This document shows, one piece after another, positions 13,877 to 26,130 of a stretch of DNA of 64,000 bases (position 1 is the stretch's first letter; each line of letters begins with the position of its first letter). A program made the position numbers and the translations under genes. Source of the stretch: Klebsormidium nitens (Eukaryota; Plantae; Klebsormidiophyceae); the NCBI GenBank assembly GCA_000708835.1, contig DF237368.1, positions 1 through 64,000 of the forward strand, read 5' to 3'. A model generated the notes under the pieces. It was not told the DNA's origin. It ran no database searches and worked only from the letters and a program-made list of their open reading frames with translations.

Positions 13877-16800
13877 CTAGCCTTCTTCCTCGCTCTGCTT
13901 AGGTCCCTCAACGAGTAGCAGAGTGTGGTCGAAACCACACGCCACTTGTTTGACAACTAGATCGCGGCCCAAGTCGAGGGGCTCCGGTTCGGACACGTCG
14001 CTGGTATGTTCGAGTCCGTGGCGTCCGTTTCTGCAGAGAGGCGCGGAGCAGATTAGAGATCAAACACTTCGCCGACACTCTCTCCATTCATCCAGCACCT
14101 TCGAAATCGTCGTTTTCCACAATCTCGGTACGCGGCAGCAATCCCCCGCGGCAGCAGCAGTGATTGTGGTGAGTATCAATCGGGCTATCCCACTGACTTG
14201 CGTCCTTAGCCCGTTTCGTCTCGTTATCTTAAAGAAGCAAATCTGGTCCCAAGTCTCTGCTCTACCAGACGTTAGCTGACGCAGCAGCGAAATACGCAAA
14301 GGAGGAAAATCCGAATGTAGCACTTTCTAGACTCGTTGAACCCGTCCACTCTGAACTTTCTGCCGCCGCTTCGACGATTACCGACGGTGCTCCTCCTCCC
14401 ATTATACGTTCTCCCATCTTCGCACCGGATTTTCCGCCACGAAGAGTCTGCCATTTGACTTGACCCTTCTTCCTCTGTTCTTTTCGTTCCTCCTTGTCCT
14501 TACGTTTCTTCCAAAAGCAGTCCGAACCTCACCTCCCGCTTCCCCACCCGTAGCACTCCCGAAAACCCTCCGTGACGTCACCAACCGCCACTGAGTGCGC
14601 CCTTCCTGCGGCCGCCATGACCGGGATGACGTCATCGTCCGGCAGAAGCACCTCGCCCGGGGATCCCGCGCTCACGTCATCCTCGGCGTCACGCCCGAGC
14701 TGGCCCGAAGCGTTCCAGCCCCAGCTGTATAGTTGAGAGGGGCCGAGACCTGCAAAAGATACCCGGTTTGCATGAGCGGCTCGCACAGAATATGGAAGCC
14801 TAGACTTCCTTGAGAGAAAATGGAGAAATGCTTGCAAGTGGCACGTGCGACGCTGCTCGCCTTTCCGTTTACTGGGGTGATTGACGCACGTGCGCACAAC
14901 GTCTTGCGCCTGTATTACCTCCAAACCGGATCGGTACGATAATCCTTACGATAGAAGTTTCTGCGGTTCTTGTCCGCTTGATGACTTTGAGAACCCGCTC
15001 ATACGTAGTTTCCACTTGCTTCCAAGGAGAGCTGAGTGCTTTTGAAATCCTCGCCCCTTTCACCAGAAACGATGTTAAGTGACCAGTTGAACCCATTTTT
15101 GGAAGGCCGGCTGAAAGGGCTCGTTTCAGTCTCATTTCAGTCTCGTTTCACTCTCAGAGGGCTCGTTTCAGTCTCATTTCAGTCTCGTTTCACTCTCAGA
15201 GGCAGGAACTCTCGGTTGTGCCGTCACAGGTGAGGGCGACATCTCACTCTCTTCGCCCTGCAAGTGGTCGCCCCGGGGCCTCGCAATAGCCAGTGAGTGG
15301 CTCAGCCCGGCTGCCACGTGGCATACGAAGAGTGGCTGCAGCGCTCCCCGCACGAGCGCGCTGCGACGACCGTTTAATTGACTGTCTCGACCTAGCTGAC
15401 CGTTCGTGTTGTCTCCGTACGTATACAGACACCCGTGGTCTGGCAAAGAAAGGATGCGTGTCAGCTGGTGACGTCGGCGGGCAGGTGATCACAGATTGAA
15501 CGATACAAAAATGATTGCCGTTAACAAATCAATTTCCGTCAAAGACGACAAAACAGCCAGAGAGACGGAACGTGTCAAAGCCGAACCTGACGATATCGGA
15601 CAGAAAGGTTTTCAAGCGCATGGAACATCACCCACAACGGCAAATTCTCCGAGTGTGCTGAACTCCACTGAGGTCCCTTCTCTAGAACGACGGCACATCA
15701 TTCGAAACGGTGAACGTTCGTAAACGGGCAATACTGTCCTATTTGAGCCCTGTGGATCAAAAGCTCCCCTGCTTGTTTCTCATTGTTGGCCTGCGGTGCT
15801 GTCGACCATGCTCTGGGCTACGGATCCAGTCGCACATCGTAAGGGCTGATAACATCCAACTCCCCGATTCGAACCCCTGTAGTTGTGCAGCCGCTAATGT
15901 CTGCACGGCCGGTGTGGCGCTGCCTTCTCGCGGTGCTAAATATTTGTTGCAAAACTAGAGAAGAACCTCAAAGTCTGACGAAGACCCCTGGCGTCGAAAG
16001 TGAGTGATCGTTCCTCCCTGAGCCCGGAGACTCATTCTGCGAAAGCTCCCCCCCTCACCCGATAGAACTAGAGTGTGGTCCATCCCGCACGCGACCTGCA
16101 CCGCCCGCACGTCCGCCAGCGCCTCCACCCGCCGCGGCTCCCACTGGATCGGCATATGCCGCTCGCCCATGATCTCCGCTTCCACGGCTTCGTCAACGCT
16201 TAGGGTTTGGGTAACCGGCGCCGGGGTTTGGGGTTTGGGAGTTTCGACGTCGAAGCCAAGGCGGCAGTTGGCCCCATAGCCCCATGCGAAGACGGCGCCG
16301 TCGGCGGTGCGCGCGACAGCGTGGCCCCACCCGCAGGCGACCTGAGTTGGTGTGAAAGCATCAGAAACCTGGTTCCCGTGCTTGATATCAGTTTCAAGGA
16401 ATGCTGGATGTAGACTGCCAAGCCGAGCAGGCTATTGTGTTTTGTCGAGCCTGGCCGCCATCGCAACCAAGCTGCGAACATCGACCTTCGCTCTAAATGT
16501 TGAGTCCAGTCTTTCGTCTTCACTTAGAGCTTTTCAACTTCCACTGTATAGCTTCAGTTGACTTTAACGCACTTCGATGCAATAATCCGAATTCGTTGAC
16601 CATGATGGTGATGCAAAACAAACGCAAGTGTAGCTTGGACGAGAGGGAAGATACAACACTTACGTGATCGGAATCAGGGCCACGGCTGGAAAGTAGTCCA
16701 GAAGGCAATACTGGCGTTTGAGTTACACGGGGAGATCACTACGTTTTAGAGCCCGATAGGATTCCAATTCTTATCGAGTTGAGTTTCTGATCCAACGAAA

Positions 16801-18852
16801 AGCTTTGAAAGCTCACCGTTGTCCGGCAAGGACACGGTTCAAAGCAGGTCGGAGGCTATAAAGCGGAACCTGCCGTTTTGACAACTTCCCGCTGGTTTCC
16901 GTTTCAATTCTGAGTCCTTTGCTCGTTCTTTTTCGAAACAATCTGTCTGCACAATATACGCATATTCTGCAAAGTTATCACACCCCGAGCGTCCCCTGCG
17001 CTCTCGAGACCACCCCTCAAGCATTATTTCGCTCTTACCTCCACAACGGTCTCCTTCTCAAGAGCCGTCACTCTCTGTGGGGTGGGGCTGTCCAGTGTAT
17101 CAGAACCCAGTCCGAGCTGGCCCCGTCGCGAGCTGCCCCACGCCCAAAGCGAGCCGTCGTTTCCCACAGCAAAGGACGCTACTCCGGACCCAGCAGCACT
17201 TGCCACGTGGACGCCTTCTAGACCAGAGACTGGATGGGGAAGGGAGGAGGACACCGGGGCTGCGCTGCAGAAAAGGTTCGGAGAAGTAAAAGGGCGGTGA
17301 GGTGCTCGAGTATCCGGTTTACGCTGGAAAGGTAAGCTTGTGGCTCGTTCTGGCTTCCTTTCTTTAAAGCTCGGTGATGGTAGTTTTAACAGGTGAACCG
17401 ATTTGACAACGTTCAGAATCTCTGACACAGTAGTATCCGTTATAACTTGTAAATGCAACCGATGAAGAAGCTGGTGCAAGTAGTGCATTGTCGAACACAT
17501 TCCCGCTGTGCTTGGCCATTGAAGCTATGGACATTCCAGTACTGCTGCCAAGGATCATCAGACATACTCAAAGATTTCCATTAGCAATATTACTTCCTTC
17601 TTTGGAGATCCTGATATTTAAAGAAACGTTTCCGTTTGCCTTCCAATGACAAGTCGCTCTTACTCTGTAAGTAGATTATCTGAATTTTACCACACTGGAC
17701 GAAATGAAGAAAGCTGCAGGGAAAGACAACGTCATCAACGACACTTCCCTCGGGATTTGAGCCGGACAGCTTATATACCTGCGATATCCCTGGTCAAAGG
17801 ACAAAGGGATAATCCAAAAGGCGTCCTCAATTTGATGATAGAGCCCGTCGCACGCTCACCTGTCACGATGACCTCTGGAGAACTTCAGTGAATTGGCGTC
17901 ACCCGTCGCAGAAACGAGCTCCTCGGTGTTCGCATCGGATCTCACCCCCCGCCCCAGCTGGCCCTCTTTGTCTCTCCCCCAGGCCCATAGCCGGCCCCCC
18001 TTGGTGATTGCAAAAGAATGATAATGTCCAGCGGCGACACTAATGGTATCTGGCGGAAGTCCATTGACGGGGGTTGGAGAGTAAGCATCATCAAGGATGC
18101 CATCCCCCTGGAGCCCTAGCGCTCCAAAGGCGCCGTCGCCGAAGCTGAGAACTGCAGAAAGCCAGGGTTTGAATGCATGATGTGGATGGTGGTGCGGGGT
18201 TGAGATCTAAACTTCCTGTTGTGTGTCACTGAGACCAAAGCTATGGTGCAAACAATGTCGTGCTTCTCAGGTTCCACATGGAACGAGTGCCCCGAGCAGT
18301 CGTTTCAGGACAGGAGCAGGAGTCAATTCAAGCCAATTCAAGCAGCGTGGAGAGAAGAGAAAGAGAGTTTATGGATTCCCAGCCCGATTGTCACGGGCAC
18401 ATCATTGAAACGCCTCGGCAATGCTATCAATTGCCAGAGCTCCAAAGGTTTCCCTTGTCAAGCTCTGGGGATTAATTGTCCTCTGCAATCTGCACCTGCC
18501 GTCAAGTCAAAGACGATCAGAGAAGTTTGAAGTGGCGGTGCCAGACTTCCACGATCTTTTGAAGGTCAGCAAGTGAACCAGTGGGTATAATCAGATCTCG
18601 CGCGACACACTTACCGACAGCCTGTGATTCTGCATGGCCACCAGCTGATGATGAACAGCCTCTTTGAAACGTACATGAGAAGGCCCTCCTCAGTTCTATC
18701 CATGCACTTGCATGGGCAGAGATTGCCCTGCATGAGTTTGGTGCAACCACTGCAAAAGGTCCCGTGCTACTTATAAATGCCAACTGGTTGGCAACTGATT
18801 CTCTCCGGGTCACTGCGATTGGCCTCAATAGGCCCGCAAGCAGTCTCCACAT
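13877..18852 (-). CDS. RUG2: Organelle-targeted RCC1-repeat protein, RUG2-like; exons approx. 18852-18615, 18151-17946, (short unresolved exon), 17264-17039, ~16341-16060, ~15440-15250, ~14749-14533, ~14030-13877
   Basis: Spliced product reads MWRLLAGLLR (R/S-rich presequence)...VLSFGDGAFGALG...AGHYHS...WAWGRDKEGQLGR...GSLWAWGSSRRGQLGLG...CGWGH...MPIQWEP...CGMDH...AGLSHSL...YSWGWNASGQLGR...AGRAHS...CGFDHTLL. This matches in order the recalled Arabidopsis RUG2 motifs (SFGDG, AGHYHS, MPIAWEP, AGFDHS). Phase between 17946 and 17264 needs one more short exon that I could not fix. Confidence 0.85.
15117..15200. repeat. Perfect 2 x 42-bp tandem repeat in a RUG2 intron, built from 11-bp subunits (CTCRTTTCAGT)
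   Basis: GGGCTCGTTTCAGTCTCATTTCAGTCTCGTTTCACTCTCAGA occurs at 15117-15158 and 15159-15200. Confidence 0.95.
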
Positions 18853-21576
18853 TGGTTCCCCCAATGCTGTTGGCACTAAGTGTTGAAGTTGAGATTGTTC
18901 AAAGGTGGAGGAATTCTTGAGGCACCAGCAAGCAAATTTTGCAACTTTTATTGTTGCGCTGACTTGGAGCCGTCCTCGTGATTGATGACAATTGTCAACT
19001 GCGCAGGAAGAGCTCGTCGCCACTGGAAGCTCGTATTCATTGCTTTGCCCACAAGGATGCGCCTGCCAAATGGTGCGCACACATAAGCTTATCGTGATCA
19101 ATTTCAAAGCAATGCAGCTTGATTCACGAATCCGCCCCCATAGGCAGCAGTGGCAAAGGCCCAAAGCAACTCGCAAGATTTAACAGCCAGAGTTGGCATT
19201 GGAACTTGGAAGTTGAAGACGGACCCAGCTTCATGTCTCGTTGAAGTGCCGGGTCAGACGGCTAACCCGCTGAGTCTTTTATACGGTGTCAATCGATGGC
19301 TGGTGCTCCCTGCCTTCCGTCCGTAACACTCTTCTTAGCAAACTTATAGGGTTCGGAGTTCGCGACAGAGGCGATCTCGAGAACCTGAACTTGAAGCAAT
19401 CCCCCTCTATTCAGTCTGACTAGAGTGAGAGTGAGGCGCTGCTTGCTGATCAAAGTGAGGCGCGCTGCAGTCGCGGCAATCAATCTGCTCTCGGACTCAC
19501 CGACCGCAATTTCGGAGAGGCGCTCGAGCGCAACAATGGCTGCCATTCTGCGTTTTCCAGTTTTGCAGTGCACCCGCTACAGTGCTCCATAAATCAGGCC
19601 TGAACAACCGTTGGGAAGCTCTTGAGAATTGCTTTTCAAAGAACCTGGGCGCAGGCGCCATAACCAAAAGCACAAATATTACCCAAAATGGTGTGGGCAA
19701 GCCCATTTGGCTTTCAAGGGAACACCTTACTAGCTTCAAAGGGACTCTATCTTGCGTGGGTGAAGCGAGGTGGCAGCGGGATGCAGCAAATGCATCATGA
19801 GATTTGCTGATGAGGCTGGCTGCATTGCGATCGGAGCTTTTGAGCACTCAAGCTCTTGTGGGGCTTTTAGCATTTTGAGTTGAGGCCGCAACACCGCAAG
19901 AGGCAGCCTTTGTGCAGCCTTCTAAGCTAAGTGTCTCCCCCATTCACTCTTTTTTGGAGCTGCATTGCTCGAACATCCAGGCTGGTAGGGTTTCGATTGC
20001 ATCCATTGCTAAAATGTTTTCCTCTTCTTTAGCCCCTTCAGTGAATGAGGCTCTTCCTTTCCAGCATACTCCCCGCATACTCATGTTCTGTTGGCATTGC
20101 TGCATCGTACCTCAAAAGCAATCAGTATTGTAAGATCGGCTTTCATCGGACTCACGAATTACGGTCAGATTCTGATTGAGCTCTGGGCGTCATCCCTTGA
20201 AACCCTTTTCTTTGGAACCCTTGAAACCTGGTCTTTTGAAACTTCCGATTCTTTTGCTTGCAATGTTTTGTTCATGCTCTGTGCAAACTCCGTGTCTTAC
20301 CTCCGCCGTCCTGCTGGGAGCGACGTGAAGCCAAAGCTGAATTGAACCTCAAGCCGCAAGAGACGCGAACTGAAGCTGAAGCTGAACTGAACATACAAGA
20401 CTTCCTTGTTTTTTGTAGACTTTGCACCTGATGATTTATTTACAGGCTTGTGCTAGCAAGGAAGCAATTGCGATGGTAATCTGCTTCATGGGCCCTCCCC
20501 ACTGAATGACCTATTGCAGACTTCTTTCTTAAGAGTCACATAAGAATCACGTCACGCAGAACTCTTCTCATGTTTGGATGGATCATTGACTTTGTCAAAT
20601 CGTTAGAGCTTCCTATCCCTGAATCCTGGACATTGCTTTACGACCTTGTTCAGTATTTTGAGAGCTTCAAATGCGCAGGCCACCTGTACGCCACCTTTCT
20701 CGTAGCGCACAGTTTGCATGTGTTCTGGGCTTGGGACGCATCAAAGTAACTTCAAACACGAACGTGAAACTTCAGTACCGATTTCGTTTCGATTGTTTGA
20801 AGAGGGAACTTCATAGACCATGGACGTCTTGAGGGACTCGAAAATGTGCCTCTGTTGGCATGATCCTGCAATGGTCGATTCCATTCGCAGATCGGAGGCG
20901 CGCATGGTCTTCTTCGCGATTCTACATCGAAGCGCTCTGGAGTACCTTTTCCCCACCCACAAAAGGCGGGTCCAAGAAAGAAGCCAAGAGACCCTGGGGG
21001 GGTTTTTAACGGCTCCAGCGTAGTCTAATTTAGACAGACTTCGATGTAGAATAGTGTTAGAAGCTCCCATTTGAGTGAGGCTTGCATGCAAGTCGATTGA
21101 AAACACTCATAACCGTTGCCTGTAACGAGCTCGAACCTGTAAGAATATAAGATAAGTTGCGTCTAGAAGTAGAACTCGGCGTATACGCATCGAGTTGCGT
21201 GTGGTAGTTCTATGCTCTTTTTGGGATCTGTAGGAGCATAGAATAAGAACCATCGACACAGCCCATCTCCGTACCGGTAAAACGGTCGGATTGTAAATGA
21301 TACCATCTGCAGGACAAGCAAGCTGTTTGCCAGCTGTTTGGAGCAAGATTTGAAGGCGCAAGTCTCTAATGAGATCTAGCTTGAATCAATAGCACTCTCG
21401 TGTTTCTGCTTTTTGACAACAGCTGTGTCACGTACGTCTTTGCCTTCTTTTGGCAGAAGGCACAAGCGCAGCTCAATGAAGCAATCACAGCTAGAGCAAG
21501 AGCATCAGCAGCTCTAAACATGTCTTATTGAACTTCTTGTAGCTTGCTGCACTTGACGAATCAGGTTCTGTAACTG

Positions 21577-23112
21577 ATGGATATTGATGTTCCAACCATA
21601 GCAGAGGCTCTGTTGTCGGACAAGCCAGCCATGCATGTACTCTTTCGGGTTGTGAAGCAGTTTGCAGAACTTTTTGCAGGCCGGGAACCAGGCAGCTCAG
21701 CACCCATCAATCTCTGTCGCTTTGCTCAGGAGCTGGCAGTATACCGTCAGGACGCAGTTGTGAAGAAGCTAGTGACCAATGTTCTCGCTTCGCAGGAGGA
21801 GCCATCTGCCGAATATGACGAACGCATGGAGCAGGACTCTGTCGCTCTGTTATCTGTGCGCATTCTCACCCACCTTGCATCCAGCCAAGTTGTTGCCAAT
21901 TCCTGCATACAAGATGAGCGATCTGCTTGGGGTTTGTTGGACCACTATGTTGAGAACCTGGAATGTCTTCGGGACCCAAACAGAGAAGAAGGCTATGTGG
22001 CGTAGGAACTCGGAGCTCAACCAGGACCTGAACGACTGGAGCGCCTTCTTCAGTCTAGCAGGGATGGTGTATTTCGGTCGGGCGTCCAAGCTGTTTCGTG
22101 AGAGCATGCGTGAAAATGAGGAGCTTCTTCCCTTGCTCGAATTTGTCCTCTCAGACAACTACTTAGGCAGGTGCTCCGATGTTGCTGCAATCAGATTGAG
22201 GGTTTCAAATCTCATCGAGGCTCTATCACTCTCGCCAGACAGCAAGACGTGGATTGTTGAACAGGATTATCTGCAACTTGCGGCACGAATCTTTGAGACC
22301 ACAAACTTAGCGGCCCAACATGACCCAGAATTCCAGTGTGCATTCTACCTGTTCAGCTTATCAGAAGTTCCGGACTGTCTGGCACAAATGAAGCAGAAAG
22401 CAGTTTACACGATCTTCAAAGTTCATCGTGACATGTTTGAGACCTTGGAGATCGGTCCTATCTGGTCCGTGCTTGAAGATAGACTCCTCGGTCGTGTGAG
22501 TAGATCAAAGAGATCGCTTCGAGTGGAGGAACTCAGAAGACAGGTTGAGCTAGACATGTACGCCAGTGGCTTGCCAACAATCTGTTCATGGCGCGGCTGC
22601 TCTGTTCCAGATCAGATGGTCTCAGGCATGAAGTTCAGCAAGTGTGGTCGCTGCCATGTGGCGCACTACTGCAGGTAAGTGGTTGGCTTCTTATCTCTAT
22701 GTTGTGAGCTTTTCAGCAACTAAGAAGTGCCAAATGACTTCGTTTGCAAAACGGCTTGTGGCCTTGTCCGCCAGGTTGCATGAGAAACAAGGAGTTGAAG
22801 AAGCGCAAACAATTGCAATCGCGCTTTCCCATTTTCTCTCGTGGTCCAATCATTCACAAAGCATCTGAAAACCATCAATCTTGTGTATTGCACAACATGA
22901 ATCCAAGATGTCGGTTGTCTTGGCGCTTGATATTGAGCGGATATGTCTCATTTACTTCGAAAGTGGTTGAGGCGGCTGTCATTTCCGGACAAGCTTCTGA
23001 TTTGTGAAACGCACGAACCAAACGTGTTCTCTTCACGTCTTGCAGCAAAGATCACCAGAAGTTACACTGGCCACAACACAAGAAACACTGCTTCAAAGCA
23101 CAGGCAGCTTGA
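21577..23112 (+). CDS. Alpha-helical protein with C-terminal MYND zinc finger; exon 21577-22674 with a +1 frameshift near 21975-21985, exon 23046-23112
   Basis: CSWRGC...FSKCGRCHVAHYC joins across gcag|gtaagt...ttgcag|c to SKDHQKLHWPQHKKHC*, completing the MYND pattern. ORFs 21577-22005 and 21779-22678 join if one A is removed from CCAAACAGAG. Either a sequencing error or a young pseudogene. Confidence 0.8.
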
Positions 23113-24208
23113 TGGAGTTTGTTCGAATGGAGGCGTGAAGACACGAACAAAGGAGGAGTTTGCGACAAAGTGACAGGGGAATAGAGAGCTTTAGACAGAG
23201 AAGTTGGCCGGCCCTTACCTTTCTGTACATTGACATGAAAGCTGCAATCTCATAAGAATCGAAGTAAAAGCCTTTGCCATTAACTCTGACATGTAGCACA
23301 CACGCAGACAGTCACCTGTGCCAGTGACACGCTTGCAAAGGTTGACTCTTCGCTTCGGCCGCCGCAATTCGAGTTTTGCTGTGGCAGATTCCAAGATCCT
23401 TATGCCTGTTAGAACCGTTGTCTGCTAGTCAGTTCGGGCCGCCAGGTGCTTCACGGCAGACCCACTATTCTCTGGTTAAGAGGCACAGAAGGGGCGGCCA
23501 GGTCGCGCGATATTCGTATCGCGCAATGACATATGCATATGCACTTATGGACGGAAGCTCAAAACGTCCGTTTTATACTTGACCCGACATGGTCGACCTG
23601 CATGGAGTGACCTGGATATTCAAGTACGTACTATAAAGTGTATATTGTCGGACGTTCTCCGTTTGCGCCAGATATATTTTTCGTGCAAGCTAGTTCCATT
23701 CACTCAGGGCATGTAGGCATTCCGATCATGCAGTAAAACATCGCTCGTAGATGATGCACATGCGTGGCTGCACATGTATGTACGCGCATTAACCATGATA
23801 ACACGTATCATAAAGCAGTTCAATGGCCGATTTGATGGACGGTCGCCCAATCATTTGCAATCAACTGATTACGATTGAAACGATGCGCAGGCCCGACATG
23901 TATTGGTTCACTTGCATGCAACCTATGCAGAGTCTCAGCTAAAGGGCGTGATTTTTGAGACCTAACAAGGTCGTTTTCAGGTCTGGCACAAAAGTAAGCC
24001 AGCTTCACATTCTGACGTTTTCCATCATGCCGTCCTTCTGAATCTAGGAGACGGCTTTGAGAAATAGAAAAGGGTTTCTGCTAACTGCCGAGAATCTTTC
24101 CCATTCCAAAATTGTGACTCAAAAAAGGCAAGCGTAGCTCTGACCAACTACACCAGGCATGTAGAGCATTGAAGTTCAAACTCTCTATCCAGATAAGCAA
24201 GCCGGCAA

Positions 24209-26130
24209 CTACTTGAACTCGAGCACCTCAATCTCAAACAGCAGCGTGGAGTTGGGTTGGATCCCCCAGGCGGGGAAACCTCCAGCCCCATACGCATAAT
24301 CGGGCGAGCACTGCAGAAGTCAGTTGGATACGATAAGGCAACCTACAGAGTAACGATGATTCACTGTCGCCTTCTAAAGAACCCAATCAGAGGCAACCGC
24401 AGCATTCGAGAGACTTTGCAAGCTTCGAAACCAGTTCTTTTGAGGTAAGGAGGGTTTAGAATACATGTGTCACGTTGAAAGCATTTCTGGCGTCGCTTTG
24501 AGCTTTGACTTTGCAATACTTCTCACCGTCAAGCGAGAGACCTCTCCCCTCTGCATGTTCAAAACGCCTTCATCCCAACCTGCAATTGACACCCAATGGC
24601 CACTCAGACACCTCTCAGAAGGGACTCCCGTGGAGCTTTAACAGGGTAAGCACAGCAGAGCAGTCTCATGCATCCGCCTCTGGCCTCGAGAAGTCCACAG
24701 AATCATCAAACCTATGTACAACCGTAAGGTGCTTCCTGCCGGAATCACAATTTCTGGGATATTCTCCTGTTGCTTTTCTGGTCAAGCCCCTACCTTTGAT
24801 GACTTGGCCAAGGCCCACCCTGAAAGTGAACGGCTCCTGCCCTGGATCCTTGGTGCTGCACAAGGCCAACATGTTGTCAAACGAAGTGTGCCCAAAGGTC
24901 CATTCAAAAGGAGGAACGGCCGACAGCAGCCGAGTACCATGCGTGGTTTCTGAAAGCGGTAGAAACCGGAAAGAAGGGGAGCGAGATTGCTGAGGACTTC
25001 AGAAGACAAAAGAGATGTGACGTTCTTGTGTATCACAGAGCTCCTTGACACACTGTCAACATGTCTTTTGGGGTGGAAAGTGAATTGCATCGTGATTGCT
25101 GAGTCAGCGTCGAAGAAGTCCTGGCTGACTGGCAAACTTTACTAAGCGCGACAAAAGAGTTCCGCAGCAAGGTGAAGAAAAATTTCGGATGTCAGATTGC
25201 ACAGTCCAAAACTTCTGAAAGGTAGGAGCAATGACGCACAATGAGAAGGACAAGCATTGATGCAAGGGGGTCCAAGTGCACCTTATTCTTCAAAGTTGCG
25301 CAAAAGCTCCTTGTAAAGCATTGGCCACGCTGACTTCACCTCCATGCTACATCCATCCGAAGTTTTCAAGAGATAGCGTAGAAAACCATTGAGAGAACGC
25401 CGGCCGACAATTCCATAATGTTCGTCAGCAGAAGAGCCAGAGTAACACGTCGTTCCTTCAAACAAATCAGCGAATGCTGGGGATAAGTGCGCGCCTCCCG
25501 GTGCCTTACCTCCAAAACTTCTTGGACAAGTCCCGATCTTTCCCGTAGCCTACAAGCATGAAATTGAGGTCCTTAGTTCAAACCGAGACATGCCATTTTG
25601 ACCTGTCAAACCTGCTGGCGGGTTATGGAAAAAGGCGCTCAGACAGTGGCTTGATTTGCTTGCCTTTCTGATTTAGAGAGGGCGACAGATTGCGCCATCA
25701 GAATTGGCTTTCAAACATCCCTTGCAATGCCATGGCACAAACTGAAGCATATCAGGCGAGTATCTGCGCATGCACAAGAACAGCTTCTGGAGACTCTGAG
25801 TGTAGTACTGCTGTGGACCTTACCAGTGCAATGCACGGTGACTGTCTGCCCTTTCTGAGGCTTGGGCCCGCTCCCTGCCTTAACTTGCTCCTTCTCAATC
25901 CCCATACTTACTCTGCCACCACTCAAACCCCGTGACGAAACAAGATATGTGCACGGCTCTCCGGAGAAGGACGTCTCTCCAAGCTGCCTGTGCAAGTTCC
26001 CTCCCTTTCTCAACAGATTGCACCCCGTAGTAGAGCGCCTGACTTGCAGATTCTGGCTGCTCCTGCCTGCAGCAAAGAGGGCGGCGGCGCGTCCAACGGT
26101 CAACGCTGCAGGGCTGCTGATTGCCTGCAT
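24209..26130 (-). CDS. FKBP12: FKBP12 peptidyl-prolyl isomerase, land-plant type, 5 coding exons; conventional start 25905, in-frame upstream ATG 26130
   Basis: Spliced sequence [28 protein letters not shown]|[13 protein letters not shown]|[21 protein letters not shown]|[17 protein letters not shown]|[33 protein letters not shown], closely matching recalled Arabidopsis FKBP12. Canonical GT-AG junctions with consistent phases. Confidence 0.95.

Noticed and set aside
15117-15200. 42-bp repeat as a duplicated functional splice donor
   Set aside because: A better donor (GAGA|GTGAGA, ~15248) lies upstream in the right phase, so the repeat is probably plain intronic.
15860-15885. tRNA T-loop-like GGTTCGAATC on the minus strand (also GTTCGAATC near 264)
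   Set aside because: Flanks do not form a T-stem or cloverleaf.
17680-17890. Specific micro-exon for RUG2 (candidates near 17884-17862 and 17714-17692)
   Set aside because: Several 15-23 nt options, or one extra G at 17946-17950, could each restore phase; cannot choose without RNA data.
18853-19573. Longer N-terminus for RUG2 from ORFs 18517-19176 or 19289-19573
   Set aside because: No ATG in the immediate extension, and the required acceptor is weak; more likely 5' UTR.
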